From Podospora anserina (Eukaryota), in NCBI GenBank assembly GCA_017654855.1, contig CM030332.1, positions 2,728,001 through 2,792,000 on the forward strand: a stretch of 64,000 nucleotides of DNA. The letters run 5' to 3'. A model generated the notes under the pieces. It did not search any database. It worked only from the letters and a program-made list of their open reading frames with translations, and was not told where the DNA came from. This document shows, one piece after another, positions 25,751-37,900 of the stretch (positions are counted from its first letter, which is position 1; the number at the start of each line of letters is the position of its first letter). Position numbers and translations under genes: made by a program.

Positions 25751-28700
25751 CTTTTCCCAGATTTTTACAATATCCGTCTTCGCCTCACTGTCCTCGACAC
25801 TCAGGCCAAAAAGCTTCCAACAAAATTATGGACAGTGTGTGTGTGCGTTCTGCTGTTCTGCTTTGTTGGTGGTGGTGGGAGGTCGTAGCTCGGTGCAGCG
25901 CAGCGCAGCGCGGAGACAAAAGTGGGCGCGGCGGGCAAGTCGCGGTCCCGTATGAGGGGCGGGCTGTGTGACTGGGGTCTGAATGCGGCGTGGACAAGGT
26001 TCTTGTCTGGTGAGGTTGTGTTGCTTCGCAAAACCTAGCTAGGTTGCCCTCTGGCTGAAGATGGAGCTTCAGGTACCGTGCTGGCTTCACTCACTGCCAC
26101 GGGTTCGGTGATGTGTTCAACTTGATTGCTTTCTTGCTGGGTTCTGGTGGCGACCAAGGTGACAGCTCGAGGGCGGCGTCTTTGGACTTATATACATATG
26201 TCAGTCAGTAGCGGTAAGCTCCCTCACACCCCGGCAGAGTCTTTTCCAGCCAAAGTGAAACAGTAGAAGAGCTGTTGATGCGAGAGTCTTGCGTCAAGCT
26301 GGGTAGCTGGGTGCTGTCAAATGCATGGGGGCCCGTCCGAGATCGAGTGGTGTGGAGATTATGATTTGGACGGACAAAAGACGGTGGGTGGCCGGGGGAG
26401 CTGGGGCCGGCAAGCTGGGCATTACCCCGGGGCTTAAAGCTACTTACAAAACTAGAGCCCTGGAGCTCAAGAGGCGGCCCGGGGGTGTAAGAAAAGGTCT
26501 CCACCACCCTGGACCTTCACACTTCTCCCCTATCCGCACTGGGCGTCTTGTACTGATCCGGTACCTTCTTTCAAGAGGTCCTGATATGATATGATATACC
26601 TCGTCTTCGGTTTCTACAGGAGAGACCCGATCATCACGGTGTTTAGTCCCTTTCCTTGGCGCAAAATTATTTCAGCCGCAAGTTAAGGGACTGACTCTTC
26701 AACATGCTCTCAATATCGCTTCTTCCCTCACAGTTGCATCACTGCCGTCACAAGGGCCCTTCCATTCAAGCTTGTGTCTCGACCCTGCAAGACGCAAACC
26801 TGGTCTGCAACGTTCTCCAAGTGAATGCTATGGAACTCGGAGATAGTTTTGACTCGCCCGAGTTGCTGGTATTGAGCTGGCACAGACGGCGCACTGTCGT
26901 CATCCTTGGTTCTTTGTGAGTGAGGTTCCGTTCCCTTGCAAGCCTACCTTCTTGGAAACTTTCGATGGCCGAGGAGAGAGATCATCAGACAACAGGAAGG
27001 CCGGAATACACTCACAGACCTCCTGATGCCGTGAGCCCGGTCGGGTCGAGCTGGAGAAGTTGGAGGTACATCAGGTACCTCTCAAAGACAGTGCGCAGAA
27101 CCCAGGACACAACCACAGAAGCCGGCATGGCCACCCACCTTCGGCACGGTGTCTGTGTGTCGTGCACAGCGGGTGCGGGAAAAGGACTGGGGGGGTCCCC
27201 AGTGTGTCCCAGCGAGCTTTACCGGGGTTCTGTTCGCTCAACCAGCTTCACGGGTGGGGTTGAGGTAATGAGAGGTACCCCGAGGCCACCTCAAGGTCGC
27301 AGCTTGGAGTTGCTGTGCAGTCGCGGCTGCCATCTGGACACCCGCATGTCGGAATCATCCCTCAGGTGTTGACACTGTGCCGTTATTTGTCCAGTTCTGC
27401 TCTTTTTTCTCCAGGTTTGAGCCCTAATCACCCAGCTTTGGACGAGAGTGTGATTGTCTCGAGTCGTCAGACTAGCAGACCTTGAACCTAGAAGTGGGAA
27501 GAAAGTGGGGTTATGGCGGCACTGCTGAATCTGATACCGTAGGGCTGACGACGACAAGACTAGCAGACATCACGACTCAATGTCGTTTCCCAAGAATCTC
27601 AACACTGCGATTATGCACAGGCTGCGACAAGTAATGCGCGACACTCAACCTGGCTCCGAGGTGGGCTTCTAACCAGCTTCCTCACCGGTACAGCAACATG
27701 AAGCTGGCCTTGCCGCCCCATTGGCTGCTCAGAATCCGGTATATGGCTCCACGGGGGCAGGTGGGCAATCCCACATTGTCGGTTGCCAGTCACAAGATGG
27801 TGTTGGTTTAAATTGCAATTAAGCTCCCGCTGCCATCCCTGACAGCTTCATCTATCCACGTCCAGCAGAGGCAGGTCCTCATAGCTATTCTCATGCCCCT
27901 CGGCCGGGTTCCGCTGCTGACGGATGCCTCGGGTGCTGCCACCAGTTCCCCTCACCTCTTTCATCACCACTTGGAGAAGCAACGCACTATGCTGGGGGTG
28001 TGTGTGCCTCGTGAGGGGTTCGTGAGCGTACAAGAGCGGCGTAATCCCACGGAAAGCTGGCGGCGTTCCTATTCGATGATGAAGACGAACTCTCTCGCAA
28101 TCTCACTTCTCAAGCAAATCGAGCCGCCTCGTCGAGGAACCGCGCAGACGCGGTCGCGAGAAAGATGAGTGTGACCACCTCCTTCAACCATGAATCCTTG
28201 TTCTATGAGGCTATAATTCGTGCGACATAAAGGTTCACAGCTTCCTTCCACCCAATCAGAGAAAGTTCGACAACCACTTGGACCTGTCTGCAAGCGCACA
28301 TATTTCGAGCTGCTGCTCCGTAATCGCCGCAGGACCCCCCGCAGCTGCCAGAGTTGAGTCCAACATACAATCTATCAGCTACCTGGTCGGGTCGTCCTCG
28401 ATATTGGGCCCCCTCATCTAGACATCTTGGTTCGGGCTGCCAGGGAAGAGAGATCAGCTCTCGATCCCCAGAAGGCGACCGTCAACGGCCTGCTATTTTC
28501 CAAGAATAGCACTGGCCGTAATTATATCGTATGCTGGAGAGCATCTCGCGTGACTAGGGCCAAAGTTCCTCTGCTCACCGTGACAGAGACGGCAGGTCTA
28601 GAAGAGTCCCTCCACTAGACCTATATTGCACATCTTCCTATCCTTGATTCTAGCCGCGGCGCGGAATTCGAGCTTTAAGGCGACGGTCTACCCTCTCACT

Positions 28701-30227
28701 GCCTGTTCACACCATCACGACGGCGGTAGGTGACGAGGGGCGTCCCGAGAAGTGTGCCAGGCACTCTACAAGTTCCAAAATTGGGGTAATAAATATTCGC
28801 TTGTCAAAGGAAGCATTCCAACACAGTGCCGTTGCACACTGTCTCCATCGACAAAATGTGGATGGATGAGGTGTCTGTGTGGCGCCAGGCGGGGGTCACT
28901 CAGGCAGTCACTGACAGGCGGCTGCACAGCGCCGTAGCGACAGCGGTGCCAGGGCACGCTAAGCACATCGTATGGCGCCTTCCGGTGCCAAGAATCATCA
29001 GGTTTGGAGATCCCCCAAGCAAAGAACCCCAAAGGAGGGCCGTAACGGCCACAAACGGTAAACTCGACAGTTACAAGAAGCCAAAAGCGGTCGTCTGAAG
29101 TCCCGGATCGCCAGCAAAGCACCGGTGCACCTGCAGTCGAAGCGTGCGTCATGCAACCTTGTATTGTCTTTTTACAAATCACTCGTCTCGCCTGCCCGTC
29201 ACCCGACCGCGTGGGATGGATGGAACTGACAGCTGAAGACGGCCTCGCCCACCGAGCCACGGACGCCATGGAAAACAAAGTACAGACAGGAACAAGAGAT
29301 ATCGTCAGATGCGCCGACATCTCGGGTGCCACACACGACTTGCATGCAAGCATCCCTGCATGCGGCAGAAGACATTAGGAGGACGGCCAAGCACATGTCA
29401 GGATCCATCACTCGTGGTAGTCCACGCCCAAGGGGACGGTTAACGACGAGCCGACTACTCAGCCACCATCAATATCTTGAGATTTCAAGCGAGCGCCTGC
29501 ATATCTTCAATCCACAACGTAGGGAGCCATGGAGCATAGCATCCTCCGCGGCTACGGGTGCCCAGCCTAATTCATGCTCCCCAATACCTTGTATTCACTC
29601 CAAGATGTTGACCCTTGAGATAGTCCCTAGGACTTTTTGTTCATGGCTTTTGCTTGGAATCACCAATTTCTACCAACCAATGACATTGTCTTGTATGCCA
29701 AGCCTTCGACACACCCTTTACCATGACTGTTGACAACCACCAAAGACATCTGCTACCGCAACGCAAACTCAGACCCTTCACTTCATCATCTTCGATACCG
29801 CGCTCTCCGGGTTTGACGTTAGCTGACGAGAGAGACGTTGGGCCTTGGCATGCTACACTGAGGGAAAATCGAAAGCTTCCAAAGGTTCCAGATCCGTGCA
29901 CTTCAAACAGTCCGGGAACTCCCTTTCCATGCGCATTTATGCGACATCACTCAACCGACGCCAGAACCCGCTCTTGCGGCACCGGGTAACACATTGACAT
30001 TCATCAGGCCCGGATATGTCGCGGTGATCCGAGATTTTCTGTCCCCCGCACAACCTGGGAACATCGTCGAGAGCCATGGTCAGATCCTCAAAGCTACGTC
30101 CCTCTCCCTCTGCAAAAAGCGAGCGTCAACTCGCGCCCCCGCTGCATTGATGAGAATCCAGTTTAGGCGCGAGAGGGTCGACATCCCTGTTTGCCGGCTC
30201 GAGTAATGCGCAGATATGTACTGTGCA

Positions 30228-30267
30228 ATACATACATACATACCTACATACCTACATACATACATAC
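30228..30267. repeat. Imperfect (TACA/TACC)n tetranucleotide microsatellite
   Basis: atacatacatacatacctacatacctacatacatacatac seen directly. Confidence 0.9.
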
Positions 30268-33200
30268 GGCTTCCGATCTGCAGTCAGCCAGCAGTCAATC
30301 GACACCAGTACGTGTTTACCTCCACTTGGTTTCATTTGGATTACTGGGTGAGCAACTCCACCTCGTGCCGTCTCACAAGCCCTCACTGACCCGTCTGCTA
30401 GATAGTGTCTGGCTTGTAAGCCCATCCCAGATAACCCACTCGGTTCCTGCCTGCCAATCTGGGCACCGACTCGCAGTGCTTCTGTGGCCCTCATTTATCC
30501 CGAAGTTCTTATCCAGGCACACCTCTACCCCTTCACGGACACCTGTCACACATCGTGGGCCACATGGATCTTCAACGCACTGCTGGTCACGAGCAAGCTT
30601 TGGCAAACTGAGTTCTAGCCCCCAAGGCGTGGCCCCCTGTGAGCAGGATTTGGGCGTATGTTCAGGAGCCTACCCTCTTCAGCCTATACAGTTCATCGAG
30701 CGGTGTAGGGACACGGCAAGCATCTTGTTTCTATAATTTATCATTCACTTTCGTCTCTTCCCGCTTTCCGCTTCCCATTATTTGGGTCATGGTAAATGCC
30801 AACGACAAACACCCCATCGTGCCGCGGATTTAATCACGGTATCCATGTCCCCATTGCTTTGAGGGTAGCTGCCTTGTGTTACTCCTCGCTCAGCGCCACA
30901 ACGTGGGATGTCGGGTGTGGGAAGGCCTTATGGAAGCGTTCTGGGGGGTTCAACGAACAAAGTGTCACGGGCTTTGGTGATCCCCGCCCAGCTGGCTTAT
31001 TGCCCTCTTGTCACTCTCGCCCTTGAGCAGAACGGCAACCTTGTCTTGATAAGAGGACCCCTCCTCATGGAGCCCACGCCCCCTTTGCCACTCTGCTCTT
31101 TTGTTTCTCACTAGCAGGACACTGCAGAGGTGCCTTGGCCAAAGAGGAAGTCGTCTTCGGGACTTGGCTGCTCTGAATGGGGCCGGATTCGGTACCAGGA
31201 TGGCGATTCTCTGGTTCTTGAGGCCGGTGGAGAAGCATCTTGTCCAATGGCGATCCCATTTCGCGGTGCAACCGCTGACTGACCGGCCACACAAGCCTAC
31301 TGACCAGCTCAGGCTCATCCGACCACGACAGCTATAAGATCAGACAGCAATAGCAGACAGTAAAGTGGTCTGGTGCCCTCAACGTTGGTGCCACACAGTG
31401 TGTGTCGACCTCCGTTTTCATAGGCGGAGAGAGCAGGCATCCTGGTCTGTGGGATCACGCGCAGTGAGCAGCACCCCCTTTGTGGACAGGAGAAGCTTCA
31501 AGATGGTGGGCCTGGGTATGGATTGGTGCTTAGAACGCGGGGAAAATCATACCGCTTGCCCTGAAGATGAGGCCTCTGTGGTGGCCATGCGGTAGAGGAC
31601 CCAAGCAAGTGATGAGCGAGCCAAAATGCTCGATCCGGGCTGGGAAGCAACGGTCGTGAGGAGGGCAGGCCGACAAGCGCGGGAGGCTTCCACCCAACAG
31701 ATCTCAGACTCTGGGTCGACCCGCAGGTCTTGGTTGGTTTTGACCCAGACACTTCTCGCTCATGACTGCCGCATGGAGAACAAGATGGATTCGTTGAAAC
31801 AGCTCCAGTGGTTACGCTCGGTGACTGGTGAAGCAATGATGGTTGGGGTGGGTGTTTACGGTTGTGAAAATCCTTCGCCTGCGTCTGGCCCAAGTCATGA
31901 CCTCTTTTGAGTCGTGGCAAACGGGGCGGGTGCTCCCTGGGGCACATGTGTCCCAGACTCGACAAAGTTTGGCTCACCTCCTATCTGGCGATATTGCACC
32001 ATATCAGCCACCCTTATCAGTTCAACGTTTGGTTTTGCCAGCTGCAAGGAACGGGGCTCACCTAACCCTCTCTATTTATATAGCTTTTAAAGCCACGCTT
32101 TTGCCATTATTATCATCGTTTGTTAGCCGAGAATATCTAGAATTTTGGGACTGTCTATGATTCCTACATTTTCAGCTATCGCACCGTTGCTTGTTTAGTG
32201 GTGGACTTCCCTGGACGAATGGAGCCTCTCTCACATAACCAACCAACTTACCATAATCGGCAAATTCCTCGCTTTTTTCTTAACATGACGTTCCTTCGAA
32301 AAAACCGTTGAACTATCCATTGAGTCCGTGCGTTGCTACTGATCTTCGAATTTGGAGCAACTACATCTGATCTGCATTAACGCAATGCTGCGCGCCCAGG
32401 CTGAACGCACAGATGCTTACACCCCACGGACGACGACGATAACCGAACTCTCTGGGTCTGACGGGAAAGAACTTCCAGAAGCTTGATGATCTTCATCACC
32501 TGGGGGGGAGGGGGGGGATCATGATGAACGGCATGAAAGAGCGCCGAAGAGATGGTGCGGTGGTCGGCGGTCACGACATACAAGTTGCGTGAGGGAGAAG
32601 ATGGGGGGGGAAGGGTTGAGGTCGTGCCACCCCCTGGCCGAACGATTTACAATCATTGACTAGACTTTACCTTGATGAAGATCACACAGGTTTGGGTTGG
32701 TGATGACAATTCACTTATATTTCTTTACTACATACTTACACCGAAGGCTTGCGGGGATTTTTTAGTGAAAGTGTACCACGTCGCCTAGCTAGCGAGCTGG
32801 GATTATCATACGGGTAGTGCTGCTCCGTTAGAAATCGACAAACTACACACGTACTCGGAAGATCTCCCTTTTCAGCCTCATAAGACGAGGTGATTTCCTG
32901 AATTAGGACATCGCGCACAGAGATATGCTGTGAGGCAGGTCCACTTTGGGATTCCACGATCGACGCCTCGAAACTGGAGACTACCTACTTTCTTGATTGT
33001 TGGACAGTTCACTCGGGAACGAATTATGAGTGAGCACTCGGAATGCTACTCTCTTCTCTTGCCGATGAAGGCGGACGACTAGATACCCTTCGGCTCGACG
33101 GAGCTTCGCACGATAGAACACGGCCTTTTTGTCACGAACCGAAACAGGAGGATGGGCGTAACGCAAACGAATCGGCCCACCTCAGAGTCGAGTCTGGAAG

Positions 33201-34992
33201 ATGGCATACCGAGCCCGAGGCCGAACCTGAGGCAGGTCAACTTTGGCGATACCACAGTCTACTCTGTTTAGATGAGTAACCTGATAGGCATCCTGCTGTC
33301 TGTGTTCAGCGTTCCCTTCAACCGGATCTTCCCTTCACGGCACCACGGTCAGACTTCTCGAAACAAGAGTTCTGTCATCACCACCCACTTCTTGTTGAGT
33401 TCCGGCCAAGTCCATCATCGATCGAAACACTACCACCCACTCAACCACCCAACAACACCCAGCTTCTGGTAGAATAACACACGCACGAAACCACGATCAC
33501 GAACAACCAGAAACAAAACCACAGACCCCCCACCCAAGCCCTGTCCTCAACGTCGTTCTCTTGCGGCCACCGGTGGCTATGATCTCTCTCCTCATACCGC
33601 TCCACCTCAGCTATGACGATGTCAAATCCGTCACCTACCTACTTCATCCATAACCGACCTCGTCATGAAACCCGAGAATACCGAGGTAGGGGAAACCATT
33701 TCGAGACCGCCACTATCCGAAAGGGTTGGACACAGACACTCGGGTACAAGGCTAAAGACAGATTGGGTAACTAACTCGATGGCTATTTGAGGAGGATATG
33801 ACGGGGAAAACAAGAAACAAAACAGGCGTCATCGACGGTAACAACAACGACACGGCCAGACTGATCTCTTGCCAGGGTGAGGGTGGTGACGCAATGAGAT
33901 ATACGGATCGGGTGGGCGTGTGTCCATGGCGGAAGAGGGATGGTAGGGGAGGGGGTAAGTGATATCCTTGGTTACTTGAGTGGACTTGGTTGACTTGGCT
34001 GTGTATCACAAACAGTTCTTCAAAGGGGTTGACGTGGGCTTTCTTTTGACTTGGACAGTGGCCGCCTGGTCTCACAGAAAACACAGGAAAACCCAACAAT
34101 GTTAAGTTCTCGTAATCGAAAACAGAGATAGATGTGTAATGAAACCAAGACACAAAGAAGGCGGCCTAGAAATCAAAAAGTGCCAGTAATTTCCCTCCAA
34201 CTTCAGCAACTCAAGTTGTCTTCCAGCCCACCCTCTTCCTCATCCCTCATCTAGCCAAAACTTCAGCCCTCCGTGATGAACATTCAACGCAAAATCACAA
34301 TATCACTCGGGCCCAACCTGTGAAAAGCTTTGATGTGTGTTATATAATCTCCATTTGTATCTCTTATTCTTACTCTTCCTTTCTCCCTACCCCTAAATAA
34401 ATGTTATTACACTGTCTCTTAAACCCCCCCTCTCTTTCTCTCAAAAATCACCACAACATCTCTTCCCTCCCATCCCACACACACACAACACAAAAAAATC
34501 AAAAGAATATCGCCCCCATTCCCCAACCAACCCCAAAACCTCCCCCAAAAGAAGACAAGGGAAAAAGAAAGAAAAGAAAGATTCGAAGAGCATTTTTCCC
34601 CGGGATATCACTTTTGTCCATTGTTGTTTCCACTCTCACCACCACCACCACCGCGGCCGCCGCCACCAACCCCTTCCCCCAAACCCCCACCATACCTTCC
34701 TTCTGAAAATACAACAAAAAATCACCTCGAAAACAAACAAAAAAAAGATTCAACGCCATGCTCAAAAATTTGCGTCTCTTCCCCCCTTCCCCCCCTCCTA
34801 ACCCGCCATGCCATTTACCTGCCCTTTTTGTAGTGTGCGTGTGTGTGAGTGTTGCTGATATAAAGAAAAAAAAGATAATCTTGCAATGTGCGTGAGGGTG
34901 TGATCTGTAACCTCAAGCCCACCTGGTCTCGTAGAGGTATAATAATCAGACAGATATGAAATGGTTTATCAGTCAAAACAGACACAAAAAAA

Positions 34993-37900
34993 TCAAGAAT
35001 CTGCCAACTTGGCAAAATGCTTCGACCAGATCCATCCCACCGTCCCCCGGGGGTCGTCTTGATTCCTCGCAAGCCAGAGTTCACCTTTTTCGGCAATGAC
35101 ATCAAAGATCTAAGCAAAACCACCTGGTCAGCATTGTGTTCATCTGGCCGCCGAAACGCCAGAAAAGGTGGAAACGAGAAAGAAAAAAAGAAAAAAACTT
35201 ACTTCGCCAGCCTGGTACGTCAAATAAGGGTACCCTGCCTCCATCTTCGACGTCTCAATGTGAAACTCAAACAGCGAAGCCGCCAGCCAGAGCACTCTAT
35301 ACCCGCTGTCGTCCCTGCTCCGCTGCGTGCTAGATGCCCGTGACATCACCTGTGGGGGGTAAAACTCCTCTGCGTCGTCCGGTGGCAGCGCGGAGTGGAA
35401 CAAACCCGACAACCGCCGTGTGTCCCCCGTACTATTACTCGGTCCAGGGTAAGCCGAGCTGTTGTAGGTCGAGTTTGAACCCCGCCTGCTTGGCCCTCCT
35501 CCTGCCATGGCCGAGGTCATAACAGTCGACTCTGTGCTCTGCCTTGGAAGACTGTTCGAGTCAAAGCTACGTCCCGTGCCTGGACGCATCGGTAGGCCGA
35601 CAGCTGACCTCGAGTTGGGGTCAGAAGTGATCGGTGAGTTGGAGCTCACCCGGGCATGGCTGCCATTGATACCAGAGTAATAGTCTCGGTAGTAATGAGC
35701 CGGGCTGGGGAGCGCACTGCTTGCTGGCGAGAGACTGAACTGGCCACTGTTGCGTCTCACAAAGTCCGGAGTTGGCAGTGTAGGGGCGTGTTCACTGTTG
35801 ATGGACAATCCCCTGGAACGAGTTGGCTGGAGGTCGCTCGGCCGAGACTTTGTTCTCGAAAGCAGCGAAGAGCTATCGCCGCCGTCTGTTGTCGAGTGAG
35901 AAAACCTAGGTCTCAGCGTAGGATTCAAGATGGCGAGCAACATGGCCCTCTCTTCTTGCAGCGCAAACTCTCGCTGGAAGCCCGACACAATCTCCGACAC
36001 TTCAGGAACATGGCTCGCATCCTGGAGAGGTGCTTTGACTTTGTCTTGCCACATCTTATACCAGGCTGTTTGGATGCTGATGAACTTGCCAAGACAGATA
36101 TTGCCAATCCTGGCAGTCATGGCAGAAAGCTTGGGCAGCTCCTTTTTCAGCGTCTCATTCAGAGCCTCATACTGCTCCACAAGCTCTGTCAACTGCTTGT
36201 CCACCTTCTTCCCATTGGCCTTGAGCTGGGCAAACTTCTCATAGTCCAGGCGGCGTTTGGCTCTTTTCTTCATAGCCAGACCAGGGTTGCCGTAGCACTT
36301 GATGACCTGCTCAAAGGGTTCAATGACGTGTTTGCGGACATCAGAAAGCTTTTGGGCGTTAGCAACTACAAGAACCTGAATTCGGGGGCGGGCAACTCAC
36401 ATGTCGCTCCAACGCAATCTTCTCAATGTCTCTCATCGAGACATTGAACTGAACCCATTTACTTTCGATGTGAGCATAGTCTCTAGACGGCTGCAGTCGC
36501 ATCACCAGCTCCATGGACGAGAGATACTGAAGGAATTCGTGCACATAGGTCGACACGTTCCTCGTGTAATACTCAACATCTCTCAGAACCACCTGGAGAC
36601 GGAGGTAATCATCACCAAACTGCTGCTGCAGCTTCTTGTAATCCTCGTCCTCTGCCGTTTTCGGACTGGTCGCCTGGAGTTTGTCAACCCGTTTTCCAAA
36701 AGCCCTGGCAATGCCGCGGACATCCGAATCCTTGCGCTTCCTATTGCTGACGATTTGTCCAACCAGCTCATAATTCTTCTTGGACTTGTTGATCTCGTCA
36801 ATGGCGTCGATGACGGCCGACCGCGCAGCAACCAATGGTTCCCTGTCCGGATGATCTGCCGGCGTATATTTGAGCAGATGTGTGATAATGTCTGGGTATT
36901 TTGTGATGCGCTGCATGGGCTTCACCAACAGCGAGTCCAAATTCCAGGCAGAAGTCAGCTCCTTGGCGACCTCATTACACTCATTGAGCCAGAGCATGAC
37001 ACCATCGTCTTCCTGAATCTGGACGAGGCGTTTGGACGACTGGTCACTGGATCGCAAATACACCTCGTGCACAGCCTTTAGCTGTTCGATGCTCTTTGAG
37101 AACACCGGCCCAATAGATGTGAGGCGGTCCTTCTCATCGTCCAGCTCAGGTTTTGCAGAAGAAGTAACAGAGTTTAAGGTAGCTGAATCGGAGTCCTTGA
37201 TCGACGGGGCAGCCGAAGGGGTGAGAATAGGTGACCGTCGGGCCTTGGGAGTGTACACCGTAGATGCTCCCTCCTTGAACTCGGCAACGAACGCGGCATG
37301 AAAAGCAATGATTTCATCCGTGTTCCTAAAGATCAACTTGATCGTCTTGCTGTCCAGGTTGGGACAGGCTTCGGCAGTCCCCTTGTAGATTTCCTCAACC
37401 ACGCTCATGTCTCTGACAAACGCATCCTCGGTATCAATCAGTTCCCGTATAACCAATTGACGCTGGCGCAGCCTCTTTTGCTCCTCCTGCGCTTCAGCCG
37501 ATAGTGATGGCCTCTCAACAACAGACTCGGTGAGCGTCTCGCTGTCATTAACCGAAATATTGGACCGGTCGAGTGTTTCAAAAGTGACTTGCGATCCAGA
37601 ATCGGGTGATAGAACTTCGGACTGTGGCCGCGACTCTTGCTGAGGATGCAGGAAGCTTGTTGGCCTAGTTTCTTGCCCGTACACAGACGTCTCTCGATCA
37701 TCGTCCACAAACTCAAAGGACGGAGGAGGCGGTGGCTGCCGCTGTGGACGCGCAGCCACATGTTCTTCCTGCGGCTGCGGCACATCCTCGTCGCGCTCTT
37801 CTGTTTGGCACTCTTCTTCTTCAGTGACACGGTCCGTTCCCTTTTCATGGGCAGAGAGTTGGTAACTGCTACGCTGCCGTTCGGCCAACATGGGCGGAGT

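Noticed and set aside
28766..30736. Several 130-195-aa ORFs in the velB upstream tract
   Set aside because: Cys/Trp/Ser-rich random-like composition, overlapping on both strands, no consistent splice model.
32521..34330. Box C-like RTGATGA motifs (32521, 34273) as snoRNAs
   Set aside because: No well-placed box D CTGA or terminal stem seen.
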